Notes under the pieces: generated by a model
Seen by the model: the letters and a program-made list of their open reading frames with translations, nothing else
Database searches by the model: none
Told to the model about the DNA's origin: nothing
Translations under genes and position numbers: made by a program
In this document: positions 1-8,520 of the stretch, in pieces
Position numbering within the stretch: position 1 is the first letter of the stretch
Layout of the letters: each line of letters begins with the position of its first letter
Origin: an uncultured virus (IMG/VR IMGVR_UViG_3300006055_000001)
Lineage: Duplodnaviria > Heunggongvirae > Uroviricota > Caudoviricetes
DNA length: 64,000 nt
Direction: 5' to 3' (one strand)
Virus record (IMG/VR): IMGVR_UViG_3300006055_000001

Positions 1-13
1 AGATCCCAATCGC

Positions 14-379
14 GTGCCGCTTGAGCATGAAGAACAAGAAAATCTGATCACTTGGGCCCATTCCATGCGCCAGCAGATCCCGGACCTGAAGCTTTTATTT
101 GCCATTCCAAACGCCGGCGCCGCGAGGCTCAAGAATCTACAGACGGAAGGCGTGATGCGCGGAGTACCGGACCTGATGCTGGCGGTGCCGCAGTATCGAG
201 ACAAGGAAATGTGGTGTGCTGGGCTGTTCATCGAGCTCAAACGTACCAAGGGCGGCAAGATCAGCCCCGAGCAGTACGAGTGGATTGCCGCACTGTCCGC
301 TCAGGGCTATGAGGCGATCGTCTGCCGTGGAGCTCAGGAGGCGCGCACAGCCATCCTGAAATATCTGGGGCGCGAATGA
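14..379 (+). CDS. VRR-NUC domain nuclease
   Basis: EHEEQ...FAIPN...GVMRGVPDL...LFIELK...SPEQYEW motif pattern typical of VRR-NUC (PD-(D/E)xK) phage proteins. Confidence 0.9.
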   Translation: MPLEHEEQENLITWAHSMRQQIPDLKLLFAIPNAGAARLKNLQTEGVMRGVPDLMLAVPQYRDKEMWCAGLFIELKRTKGGKISPEQYEWIAALSAQGYEAIVCRGAQEARTAILKYLGRE

Positions 380-696
380 TGCTGGCTGAGATTCGCAGGG
401 CAATCGCCCTATGGCTGGAGCCGTCAGGGGATGCTCTCGCGCGGCTGCGATTCTGGACGCTGCTCTTGGCGGAGCATGAGGTGCGCTTCCAGACCCTAGT
501 CAAGGAATGCGCGGAGACGCGGCTACAGCTTGAGAGGACGAACCTAGTAGTCGCCCTATTCCTGAAGCGCCACGACGGGGTCGCCCGGTTCTCACCGGAA
601 GAGCAGGCCCAGCTTGAGAAATGGGAGTTTGCAAGTCGATTCGACCCAGAGACGCGGGAGACGATTCTGGTGCTGAAAGAGGACCGATTGCAGTGA
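376..696 (+). CDS. hypothetical protein
   Basis: ATGA overlap with upstream gene; 106 aa ORF. Confidence 0.65.
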   Translation: MMLAEIRRAIALWLEPSGDALARLRFWTLLLAEHEVRFQTLVKECAETRLQLERTNLVVALFLKRHDGVARFSPEEQAQLEKWEFASRFDPETRETILVLKEDRLQ

Positions 697-965
697 TGAA
701 TACTTACCCACTGCAGGGGACTGGGTCCGATGGCTATTCGTTTGAAGAGATTAATCTGGGCCGTAGAATACTTGTGCGCCTATGGTGCCACGAGCCCTGC
801 GGCTCTGCGCCCGGCCGTTACCACGAGCGCCTTGTTGAAGAACGCCCCTATTCCTTTGAGACGGGCGATTACTCTCCCCAGCCGAATGACTGGATGGGAT
901 GGGTAGGCCCTGCCGCAGCGCATGACCTGAGCGCTCGCCGCACACTTGGCGGAGAGAAATGCTGA
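696..965 (+). CDS. hypothetical protein
   Basis: TGATG coupling at 694-698; MNTYPLQG... Confidence 0.55.
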   Translation: MNTYPLQGTGSDGYSFEEINLGRRILVRLWCHEPCGSAPGRYHERLVEERPYSFETGDYSPQPNDWMGWVGPAAAHDLSARRTLGGEKC

Positions 966-1018
966 CTGAGGACTGGTTGCAGTGAAACTATCTATCGGAA
1001 AAACCGAGGAGGTCTGAG

Positions 1019-1804
1019 ATGGGAATTTTTGACGCAGAAGTGGACGCCTATGAGATATTCGAGGCGAAGATCAAATTTCGGAACTGGATGATTGGCGGAC
1101 AGCCTAAGAATCCAAAGGCGCTGCGAGAGATGTATCTTCGGCGCGGCGGCGCCGATGCGGAACAGATGCTGCGCCGCGAGTTGCTTCGGGTAGCGGCCGA
1201 AATGGAGATTCCAGTTACAGCCAATTTATCGCTGGACGCTCTTGAGGCGCTGGTCGATGAACTTTCGACGCAGACCGGCAATGGATTCCTATCCGATGAG
1301 CGCGGTCTTTATTTCGGAACTTATCAGGTCAAGGCGGCCTTTCGAGAGAATGCAAGCATCATCTTTCCTTACCCGCAAGCGAGATGGGGCGCAACCAAGA
1401 AGAACGCAAAGGCTTATCTGGCCGAGCGTTTGTTTGTGCTGGGTCCGCCAGAGTTTCCAGACCGGATTTATCTGGGACGCAAGGAGCCTGATGGCGTACT
1501 TATCAAGCCGGGAACCGTCGGGGGGAAGAGCGGCAAGCGCTCGATTGTGACCCGCGCGGAATACGTCAACGAGGCTGAACCGTCCTTCCTCGTGAAGATC
1601 AGAAGGGACGCCACGGATATCTTGGGCCACGTGCGCGAAATCTGGGTCTCGATGCAGGACGGCGGGCTAGGTGCGATGAGAAGTTCCGGATTCGGAACGT
1701 TCGACATTATCGGGTGGGCAAGCGCAAGCGTGGGAAAACAAGTACGGCGCGCACGGCCATCGAAGATTGATGTGTCGATGAATGGCGGTGCGGCTGCGAA
1801 CTGA
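1019..1804 (+). CDS. stand-alone Cas7/RAMP-like (Csm3/Csf2-like) RNA-binding protein
   Basis: GAGGAGG RBS; N-terminal strand AKIKFRNWMIGG, GLYFGTYQVKAAFRE (resembles the P-x-I-x-G-S-S-x-K-G-x-x-R RAMP segment), RAEYV, and C-terminal G-rich loop GGLGAMRSSGFGTF. Confidence 0.75.
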   Translation: MGIFDAEVDAYEIFEAKIKFRNWMIGGQPKNPKALREMYLRRGGADAEQMLRRELLRVAAEMEIPVTANLSLDALEALVDELSTQTGNGFLSDERGLYFGTYQVKAAFRENASIIFPYPQARWGATKKNAKAYLAERLFVLGPPEFPDRIYLGRKEPDGVLIKPGTVGGKSGKRSIVTRAEYVNEAEPSFLVKIRRDATDILGHVREIWVSMQDGGLGAMRSSGFGTFDIIGWASASVGKQVRRARPSKIDVSMNGGAAAN

Positions 1805-2002
1805 ATTGCCAGACGGAGCCAAACAAAACGGTACTGAATGCGACGACCAAACGAGACGGCACTCGACGCGACTGCTCCGGACGACCTAACGAAACTTTAT
1901 GCAACGTGACCCAGCGCAACGACCGAACAATACGCTACGGCACTCTATGAAACGTGACGACCAAACGTAACTTTATGAAACGCTACGCTACGACCAAACG
2001 AA
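1805..2002 (+). ncRNA. putative guide-RNA array: 38-nt units of ACG + 7x(ACN-NN) pentamers
   Basis: ACGACC anchors at 1843, 1881, 1919, 1957 (exact 38-nt period) and 1990; strict 5-nt periodicity between anchors; fills the whole gap between the RAMP gene stop and the next RBS. The repeat is certain; the RNA function is inferred. Confidence 0.75.
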
Positions 2003-2018
2003 AAGGAGAAACTAGGAA

Positions 2019-2552
2019 ATGTATAAGCCATTGATGCAGTGGGCTCGGGAGCGGATGCGGGGAATGGATAGGATCAAGCTTCCCGAGCTTGCCGAGGAAG
2101 CGATGGAGAAGTTCAAGCACGATCGCGCTTTTCTAAAAGCCTGCGTCTATCCAGCGGTCTATTCGGAACTGAGCGGGCTGGTGGCGATGACGCGGAAAAG
2201 CGGACAAAGCGCCCGCGCGATGGAAACCTCTGAAGAGAAAGGCGAGCGGAACGCGAGTGCGACAGACCGACTGGAATGGACGCCAAGGGGATACGTTCGC
2301 ATCACGGCTATGACCTACGTTGACCTGACCGACGCAATGGCTCCTCGCCGGGCCAGGATTGAGGGCGAGACTCGCGGCCTCCTCCTGCTGGAGAAGCTCA
2401 GCATGAGGGTACCGAACGACGGGAAAACGACGGTCGGCGACTGCTTCGATCCCGCGCAACTCGCGTCGATCATCCGCCAGTATGAGGAAGGAACACAGAC
2501 CGTCGAGTTGCCCGCGCCGGCCGCCGCCGAGGTCTCGCAGGACGCAAATTAG
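2019..2552 (+). CDS. hypothetical protein directly downstream of the pentamer array
   Basis: AAGGAG RBS at 2003-2008; 177 aa, predicted helical. Confidence 0.8.
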   Translation: MYKPLMQWARERMRGMDRIKLPELAEEAMEKFKHDRAFLKACVYPAVYSELSGLVAMTRKSGQSARAMETSEEKGERNASATDRLEWTPRGYVRITAMTYVDLTDAMAPRRARIEGETRGLLLLEKLSMRVPNDGKTTVGDCFDPAQLASIIRQYEEGTQTVELPAPAAAEVSQDAN

Positions 2553-2687
2553 ATGCTCGACAAGAAGCTCATTCATCCGCGAGACATGGTGTTGCCGAAG
2601 CGGCTAGTGCGGAAGATTCAGCGATTGATCGCGCGGTGGGGGCGACTGCCTAACCGAACATAAGCAGTCTGTGGCGGTGCGGGGGGT

Positions 2688-3152
2688 GTGGTGGCAGAGA
2701 GATATATCGCCCGGGTCGAGAAACAGAGTCTCCGTGATGAGGGGTTCTGCCTCGTTGCGGAGTTGTTCGGCGATGATTTCATCACGGCGGCCCAATGGGG
2801 CGCGACGCACGGGCAGCGTCTGCGCAATACGCCGTCCCATAGGCTCTTGTGGGGAGTTCTTGAGCAGGCGCTTCGCGATTGCCTTACGCCAAAACATAAG
2901 GCATCCGCACGCGCATGGATCGCTGATGACGGTATAGCTCCGTATGGCTTCGTCCCGCTCTGTGAATATCTCGGTATCGACCCCGACTGGCTGCGTAGCG
3001 GTCTCGATTTGTGGATGAGGCGTGTGGCCGGGGGATGGCGGCCCGGTGGGGCGTTTGGGCACGGGATTGTGCTCAGAGGGCCGGCTGACTGCGGCATGCT
3101 GGATCGGGCGCGGACGCGTGGGCCGTACCGGCCGAGGAGGAAAGCGGGATGA
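2688..3152 (+). CDS. conserved hypothetical protein (paralog of 59304-59708), possible HTH-like regulator
   Basis: ITAAQW...RLLWGVLEQAL...ARAWIADD...YGFVPLCEYLGIDPDWLR. Confidence 0.7.
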   Translation: MVAERYIARVEKQSLRDEGFCLVAELFGDDFITAAQWGATHGQRLRNTPSHRLLWGVLEQALRDCLTPKHKASARAWIADDGIAPYGFVPLCEYLGIDPDWLRSGLDLWMRRVAGGWRPGGAFGHGIVLRGPADCGMLDRARTRGPYRPRRKAG

Positions 3153-3772
3153 GCGAATATCACAAAATCGAAACTCTTTACGAGCGCGACGAAAAGACTT
3201 TCAAGGTCAAGGTCGGCCAGCTAAAGAACCGCACCTATTCGCTGCTCAAGACGTGGCATTGGACCGAGAAGGTGGATGGCACGAACATCCGCTGCATCTG
3301 GCGCGATGGCAAGCTCACATTCGGCGGCAAGACCGACAACGCGCAGATTCACGCCGACCTGATCAAGTGGCTCTACGAGAACATCACGACCGACAAACTC
3401 CGCGCGGTGTTCCCCGAAGATGTAACCAGCGTGGTCGTCTATGGCGAAGGCTTCGGCGCGGGAATCCAGAAGGGCGGTGGCGATTATTCGCCTATCAAGA
3501 AGCTAATCGTCTTCGACGTGCTGGTCGGGACGTGGTGGCTGAGTTATGAGAACGTCTGCGATGTGGCGGCGAAGCTCGGTCTGGACGTGGTGCCATCGTT
3601 CGGTGAAATGACGTTGGAAAATGCCACCGGCTTCGTCTTCCACAGTTTCAAATCGAGGTGCGCGATCAACATTAGTAAGCAGGCGGAAGGCTTGGTGGGG
3701 CGCCCGCTTGAGACGCTGTTCGATAAGAAAGGGCATCGGCTCATCACAAAGCTAAAGACAAAGGATTTCTAA
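3149..3772 (+). CDS. RNA ligase (Rnl2-like nucleotidyltransferase domain)
   Basis: Motif I TEKVDGTN (KxDG), YGEGFG, FDV, EGLVGRP, terminal KLK. Confidence 0.85.
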   Translation: MSEYHKIETLYERDEKTFKVKVGQLKNRTYSLLKTWHWTEKVDGTNIRCIWRDGKLTFGGKTDNAQIHADLIKWLYENITTDKLRAVFPEDVTSVVVYGEGFGAGIQKGGGDYSPIKKLIVFDVLVGTWWLSYENVCDVAAKLGLDVVPSFGEMTLENATGFVFHSFKSRCAINISKQAEGLVGRPLETLFDKKGHRLITKLKTKDF

Positions 3773-3773
3773 G

Positions 3774-4034
3774 ATGAGGATGAACGCGAAAATCAATCGG
3801 GGGACTCCCGGCTTACGGCCCCAAGAAGAGGGCTGGATGAGCTATACGGATATCGCGAGATTGCTGGGCATCAGCCCGCAAGCCGTAGACCAGGGGGAAC
3901 GCCGGGCGATTCGGGCTCTTTGGCGGATAGGTCCAGCCCTGATGCAACGGGCGGGCAGCAGTCGCGTCGGTTCGCAGAAGGGGGGTATTCCGTGGAACAA
4001 GGGGACAAGAAATGAAAATTCGCGACCGCGTTAA
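3774..4034 (+). CDS. sigma70 region-4-like HTH protein (candidate late-gene regulator)
   Basis: MSYTDIARLLGISPQAVDQGERRAIRAL. Confidence 0.7.
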   Translation: MRMNAKINRGTPGLRPQEEGWMSYTDIARLLGISPQAVDQGERRAIRALWRIGPALMQRAGSSRVGSQKGGIPWNKGTRNENSRPR

Positions 4035-4047
4035 GTGCGGGGAATCC

Positions 4048-4076
4048 TTGAGCCTCAATGACGCGGAGTGTGAAAT
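4048..4076 (+). promoter_or_regulatory. putative late-promoter family member
   Basis: TTGAGC-CTCAAT..., 17-nt spacer, TGAAAT; same 12-mer at 49002 and 50606. Confidence 0.4.
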
Positions 4077-5359
4077 GGGAACAGAGGTATAGCGTGGGGA
4101 AGCGCGGCATTGTAGTCCGGGATCGCGTCAAGGAACTGCGGCGCGTCAAGGCGTCTGAGCTGGTCCCGAACGAAAAAAATTGGCGCCGACACGACAAACC
4201 GCAGGCTGATGCGCTGAAAGGTCTGCTACAGCAAATTGGATATGCGGGCGCGTTGCTTGCGAGGGAATTACCGGATGGGCGCTTGAAACTCCTCGACGGC
4301 CACCTTCGTCGGGATACGACTCCAGACATGAAAGTCCCTGTTCTTGTGCTCGATGTCACTGAGGAAGAAGGGGACGCCATTTTGCTCACATTCGACCCAG
4401 TCTCCGCGATGGCGCAGGCCGACAAGACACAGCTGGAGGCGCTATTAGCCACGGTCAGGACCGAGGATAAGGCTATCGCGGCGATGCTGGAGCGCGTGGC
4501 CGGAGAGAGCGCGTGGCAGGTCGCAGAGCAGAAGGAGATTCTGGACCCCGAGCCTCAGATCGATAAGGCAGTAGAATTGCAGAAGAAATGGGGTACAGAG
4601 CTGGGGCAACTCTGGCAAATCGGCCCGCATAGGCTGGTCTGCGGGGACTGCCGCGACGAGGGCACCGTGGGGCGACTGTGGGCCGATGGTGGCCCGAAAC
4701 TGAGGATGGTGTGGACGGATCCCCCTTATGGCATTGCGTATGAGTCGACTGGCCGCAGGATCACGCGAGAAAGTCGGGGCGATCCCAGTCCCAATAGGCC
4801 AATAGGTAACGATGGTTCGGAGCGGGCCGCAGCTGCGTGCTTCACAAAGGCTATCGCATTGGCGCTTCGCTTCGCTGAAGTTGGCGTATGTTTTTATGCG
4901 GCGGTGCCAATGGGAGCGGCGCTCCCATTTTTTATCGCAGCCTTCAATGAAGGGGGCCTATCGTTTAAGCACTCCTTGGTCTGGGTCAAACAGCAGATGG
5001 TTTTCGGGCGCGCGGACTACCACTACCGGCACGAGTTGATCCTTTATGGTTGGATTGAGAACGGAGCGCACTACTTTACGGACGATCGTACACAGGATTC
5101 AGTATTCGAAGTCGATAGGCCGCACAGCAGCGAATTTCATCCAACGACAAAGCCGGTGGAGCTAATCGCCCGCATGGTCAAGAACTCGAGCCGCGAAGGC
5201 GAGCTCGTTTATGACCCTTTCTGCGGCTCAGGCACTACCCTTCTCGCAGCGCACCAGCTCGGCCGCATCGGCTACGGCGTAGAGATAGATCCCGGATACG
5301 TGGCGGTGACGCTGGAAAGAATGACGCAACTCGGCCTCAAGCCGGAGCTGGTGAAGTGA
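4058..5359 (+). CDS. ParB-like domain fused to DNA N6A/N4C methyltransferase (true start probably further downstream)
   Basis: N-terminal ELVPNEKNWRRH...LDGHLR; DPPY; HPTTKP; DPFCGSGTT. Confidence 0.9.
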   Translation: MTRSVKWEQRYSVGKRGIVVRDRVKELRRVKASELVPNEKNWRRHDKPQADALKGLLQQIGYAGALLARELPDGRLKLLDGHLRRDTTPDMKVPVLVLDVTEEEGDAILLTFDPVSAMAQADKTQLEALLATVRTEDKAIAAMLERVAGESAWQVAEQKEILDPEPQIDKAVELQKKWGTELGQLWQIGPHRLVCGDCRDEGTVGRLWADGGPKLRMVWTDPPYGIAYESTGRRITRESRGDPSPNRPIGNDGSERAAAACFTKAIALALRFAEVGVCFYAAVPMGAALPFFIAAFNEGGLSFKHSLVWVKQQMVFGRADYHYRHELILYGWIENGAHYFTDDRTQDSVFEVDRPHSSEFHPTTKPVELIARMVKNSSREGELVYDPFCGSGTTLLAAHQLGRIGYGVEIDPGYVAVTLERMTQLGLKPELVK

Positions 5360-5529
5360 TGAATGATCATAAGCACCCAGAATATATGGGTGGGGGTTCT
5401 GTTCTATTAATCGGGCTCGTCTTTTGGCTCGTGTTCATGCTTATCGGCGACATGCGAACCGAGTTGCGGCAACTTACCGCTGCGTGCGCCGCGAAAGGAA
5501 TAGTGGTCAAGCCCGCTCTGGTGAAGTGA
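5359..5529 (+). CDS. small membrane protein (56 aa)
   Basis: TGATG coupling; SVLLIGLVFWLVFMLIG hydrophobic segment; below the ORF-track cutoff. Confidence 0.55.
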   Translation: MNDHKHPEYMGGGSVLLIGLVFWLVFMLIGDMRTELRQLTAACAAKGIVVKPALVK

Positions 5530-5786
5530 TGAAGATCTCCGAGTTCAATGCTTTTGTGATCAATAATCCCGATGGACGGATCCCGCGCCGGTTGCGGATG
5601 CATCCGAACACGTGGCGAGAATTGATAGGGAATATTCCGATGTATCCAGACGCAAAGTCGCACTACCCACCTACTTTCGATGGGATCGAAGTCCTGTGCG
5701 ACCCTCTCTGCCCTCTCGATACAGTTTACAAAGAGTACGGTGACTCGTGGGGACGGGCGGTACGACCTCAGTCCCGGAGCTGGTGA
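5529..5786 (+). CDS. hypothetical protein
   Basis: TGATG coupling; MKISEFNAF... Confidence 0.55.
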   Translation: MKISEFNAFVINNPDGRIPRRLRMHPNTWRELIGNIPMYPDAKSHYPPTFDGIEVLCDPLCPLDTVYKEYGDSWGRAVRPQSRSW

Positions 5787-5822
5787 AGTGACGCAATCCT
5801 TCGTTCCTAAGGTATATTCGCT

Positions 5823-6353
5823 ATGAAGGGTAGGAAACGAAACAAAGACGGCACCTTGAGGAACAATAATAAGGCTGCGGTGGTCGGGTTATCGCTACGC
5901 GCCCGGTGGGTGGAGGACGAGGTCCTGCGCATCAAGCTGAAGACGGGTTTCGCGTTTACTGTTATTGCCGAGCACATCACCAAGGTGGGGCGCGGCCAGG
6001 AGCAGCCGTCGGTGCCGCTGCCGGAAGGCCTGACGTTCCCGAAGGATTACAGCGTTACGGGTCAGCATTGCGGGGTAGCATTGACGGCGGCGCTGGCGCG
6101 ATTGCCGAAGGTATCGGCCGAGGAATGGAGGGATGTCGACACCGAGCGGCTTGAGCAGCTGTACGGTGCGGCAATAAACGTAAATGACATCACCGAAGCC
6201 CGCGGTGCGTTGCGAGACAAGTCGAAATTGCTCGGCTACCAGGCGCCGACAAAGATTGAGGCTACCGGCAAGGACGGTGGTGCACTCACAATCGAAGGCG
6301 TGGACGCTCTATTGGCCAGAGTCCGAGCGAAACGTGAGGGGAAGGACGAATGA
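5823..6353 (+). CDS. terS: terminase small subunit (probable)
   Basis: Upstream of TerL; C-terminal APTKIEATGKDGGAL typical of TerS. Confidence 0.7.
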   Translation: MKGRKRNKDGTLRNNNKAAVVGLSLRARWVEDEVLRIKLKTGFAFTVIAEHITKVGRGQEQPSVPLPEGLTFPKDYSVTGQHCGVALTAALARLPKVSAEEWRDVDTERLEQLYGAAINVNDITEARGALRDKSKLLGYQAPTKIEATGKDGGALTIEGVDALLARVRAKREGKDE

Positions 6354-6703
6354 CTGACAACGAAAAGGCTGCGACGTTCATCGGGTGGAAGCCACAGATT
6401 GGGACTATCGTGACGGGCGCGACTGGACCGTATGTCCAACAATGGGAATACGCCGCCCCCGACATGGCGGACCCGCGCAACTACATGAAGGCGCTGGAAG
6501 GCTTGGCACCGCAATATATTTGGCATCTTGGTCGCTACATCCAGGGCGGACGTTACTGCCGAATCCTCATGGATGAAAAGCATCCATTTCAGACCATTGA
6601 AAAACGAACCGTGATCGAAGCCCTCGCCGCGCTCTACGACGCCGAGCATATAGCCGGCGCGCGCCAATCTCAGGAAAAGCAGGGATACGATCGCCCAATC
6701 TAA
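6350..6703 (+). CDS. hypothetical protein
   Basis: ATGA overlap; 117 aa. Confidence 0.6.
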   Translation: MTDNEKAATFIGWKPQIGTIVTGATGPYVQQWEYAAPDMADPRNYMKALEGLAPQYIWHLGRYIQGGRYCRILMDEKHPFQTIEKRTVIEALAALYDAEHIAGARQSQEKQGYDRPI

Positions 6704-6828
6704 GGCGCGACCGTCGGCGCAGCCATTGATTCAAAGCTGCTCGAGCAGCCAAAGCTTCAAAACAATGGCGAAACGCCGGATATGACCGCGCGCGCTACTT
6801 TTAGTGACGATCGGATGGGGACGATGCT

Positions 6829-8520
6829 GTGACAGACCGCGACGCCGAATTTGCGGCCATAATCGAGGATCCAGTGCAGTTCGCTCGCGAGATGCTGCAT
6901 CACGAGTTGTGGGAAACGCAGGCCGATATCCTGAGGGCTGTCGCGATTCCTCATTCGCAGACCGCTGTGAAAGCATGTCACTCTTCGAGCAAAACGTTCA
7001 CTGCGGCAGAGGCAACGCTCTGGTTCCTCGCCTGCTTCGATGACGCTCTTGTGATCACGACGGCGCCGAAGTTTGAGCAGGTCGTGGATGAGTTGTGGGG
7101 GGAAATCCGTAAGGCCATCCGTACCAGCGATTATCCGTTCCCCGAACCGCTGATGACCAAGTTAGTGCTGAGTGACAAGCGGTATGCGGTCGGGCTGACG
7201 GCAAGAGAGGGCGTCAACATACAGGGCTATCATTCGCCGCATATGCTGATCATCGTGGACGAGGCGACGGGCATCACGGCCGACATCTGGGGTGGCATCG
7301 AGGGCGCGCGTGCCAGTGGCGATGTGCGGGTGTTGGCGCTGGGCAACCCGGACGGCAACGGCGGTCCATTCTATGAGGCGTTCACCTCGCAGCGTACACT
7401 CTGGAAAACGTTCACGATTGACGCATTGAAGACGCCAAACTTGGAGGGTCTCTCGTTGGAGACGATACTGGCGTTGAAGCGAGACTTGCCGCCGACCGAT
7501 CCAATCTTTGCGTATTGTCCGGTCCGCCACTTGGTCTCGCGGCGCTGGGTCTATGAGGCACTAATCAAGTACGGTGACCAATCGCCTTACTGGCAGGGGC
7601 ACGTGCGAGGCGAGTTCCCGACACAAGCCGAGGACGCGCTCATCTCGCTCAAATGGCTGGAGGCTGCGCGTGACGACTTTGTGCCGAAGGAGGGAGACAA
7701 ACCCAAGAAGTTGATGGTCGGCATCGACGTGGCAGGCAGCGACGGCGGCGATGAGACGTTCGTCGTCGTGCGGCAGGGCGGCCAGATTGTCGCGGCGGGG
7801 GGATGGACGCTCCAAGACCCGCTTGGCGAAGTGAACCTGTTTCTGCGTCCGTTCAAGCATAGAATCGAGGAAGTGAACATCGACACGATCGGTGTCGGAT
7901 TGAACTTCAAGCCGCGCCTCGAGGCGCTCGACTACCCCTGCAACGGCGTCAACGTGGGCGAAGCCACGGACAATCCCGATGAGTATTCAGGATTGAAGGC
8001 GCAACTCTATTGGCGGCTTCGGGAACTGTTTCAGCCGGCAGGGGATGCGGCGTGCGGTTACATACATGGGCTGACGGACGAATTGATGATTTCGCAGCTG
8101 GCCTCGATCCGTTGGAAGTCGAATCTGCACGGCAAGATCGTCATTGAATCGAAAGACGAGATGAAGAAGCGCGGGATCAAATCGCCGGATCGGGCAGAGG
8201 CTCTGATGCTGGCGTTCGCGGATCGCACGCCGGGCATCGCGCGTTATGTCCAGGAGCTTGCCGAGCAAGCGGCTGCGCGGAGGCTGGACCCGACGCTGCC
8301 GGAGCCGAAGCCGGATACGGCTTTGAGGGATATATACGAAGCCGAGCGCGCGAAGTTGCACTCAGGCGGCGACAACCCCTATGATGAAAGTACCGAGTCT
8401 GAAGCGCCGGCGGTGGAGCGCGACTATTCGAACATCTGCCAGAAGTGCAGATCGCCGATAAACGGAACGGCAACGCGGATCGGGGCGAAAGCCTGGCATG
8501 TCGATTGCTTCAGGAAGTGA
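6829..8520 (+). CDS. terL: terminase large subunit
   Basis: AVKACHSSSKT (Walker A variant), IIVDEA (Walker B), ALGNP, VGIDVA nuclease motif, SPDRAEAL. Confidence 0.95.
   Translation: MTDRDAEFAAIIEDPVQFAREMLHHELWETQADILRAVAIPHSQTAVKACHSSSKTFTAAEATLWFLACFDDALVITTAPKFEQVVDELWGEIRKAIRTSDYPFPEPLMTKLVLSDKRYAVGLTAREGVNIQGYHSPHMLIIVDEATGITADIWGGIEGARASGDVRVLALGNPDGNGGPFYEAFTSQRTLWKTFTIDALKTPNLEGLSLETILALKRDLPPTDPIFAYCPVRHLVSRRWVYEALIKYGDQSPYWQGHVRGEFPTQAEDALISLKWLEAARDDFVPKEGDKPKKLMVGIDVAGSDGGDETFVVVRQGGQIVAAGGWTLQDPLGEVNLFLRPFKHRIEEVNIDTIGVGLNFKPRLEALDYPCNGVNVGEATDNPDEYSGLKAQLYWRLRELFQPAGDAACGYIHGLTDELMISQLASIRWKSNLHGKIVIESKDEMKKRGIKSPDRAEALMLAFADRTPGIARYVQELAEQAAARRLDPTLPEPKPDTALRDIYEAERAKLHSGGDNPYDESTESEAPAVERDYSNICQKCRSPINGTATRIGAKAWHVDCFRK

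Noticed and set aside
1707..1919. 70-aa minus-strand ORF over the array
   Set aside because: It overlaps the RAMP gene antisense, and the 5-nt periodicity is not codon-compatible; a shadow ORF.
1805..2002. Canonical CRISPR array or TIGR-type array
   Set aside because: There are no 25-40-nt identical repeats separated by unique spacers; conservation is interleaved every 5 nt. There are no box C/D-like motifs, and the adjacent protein looks RAMP-like rather than Nop-domain.
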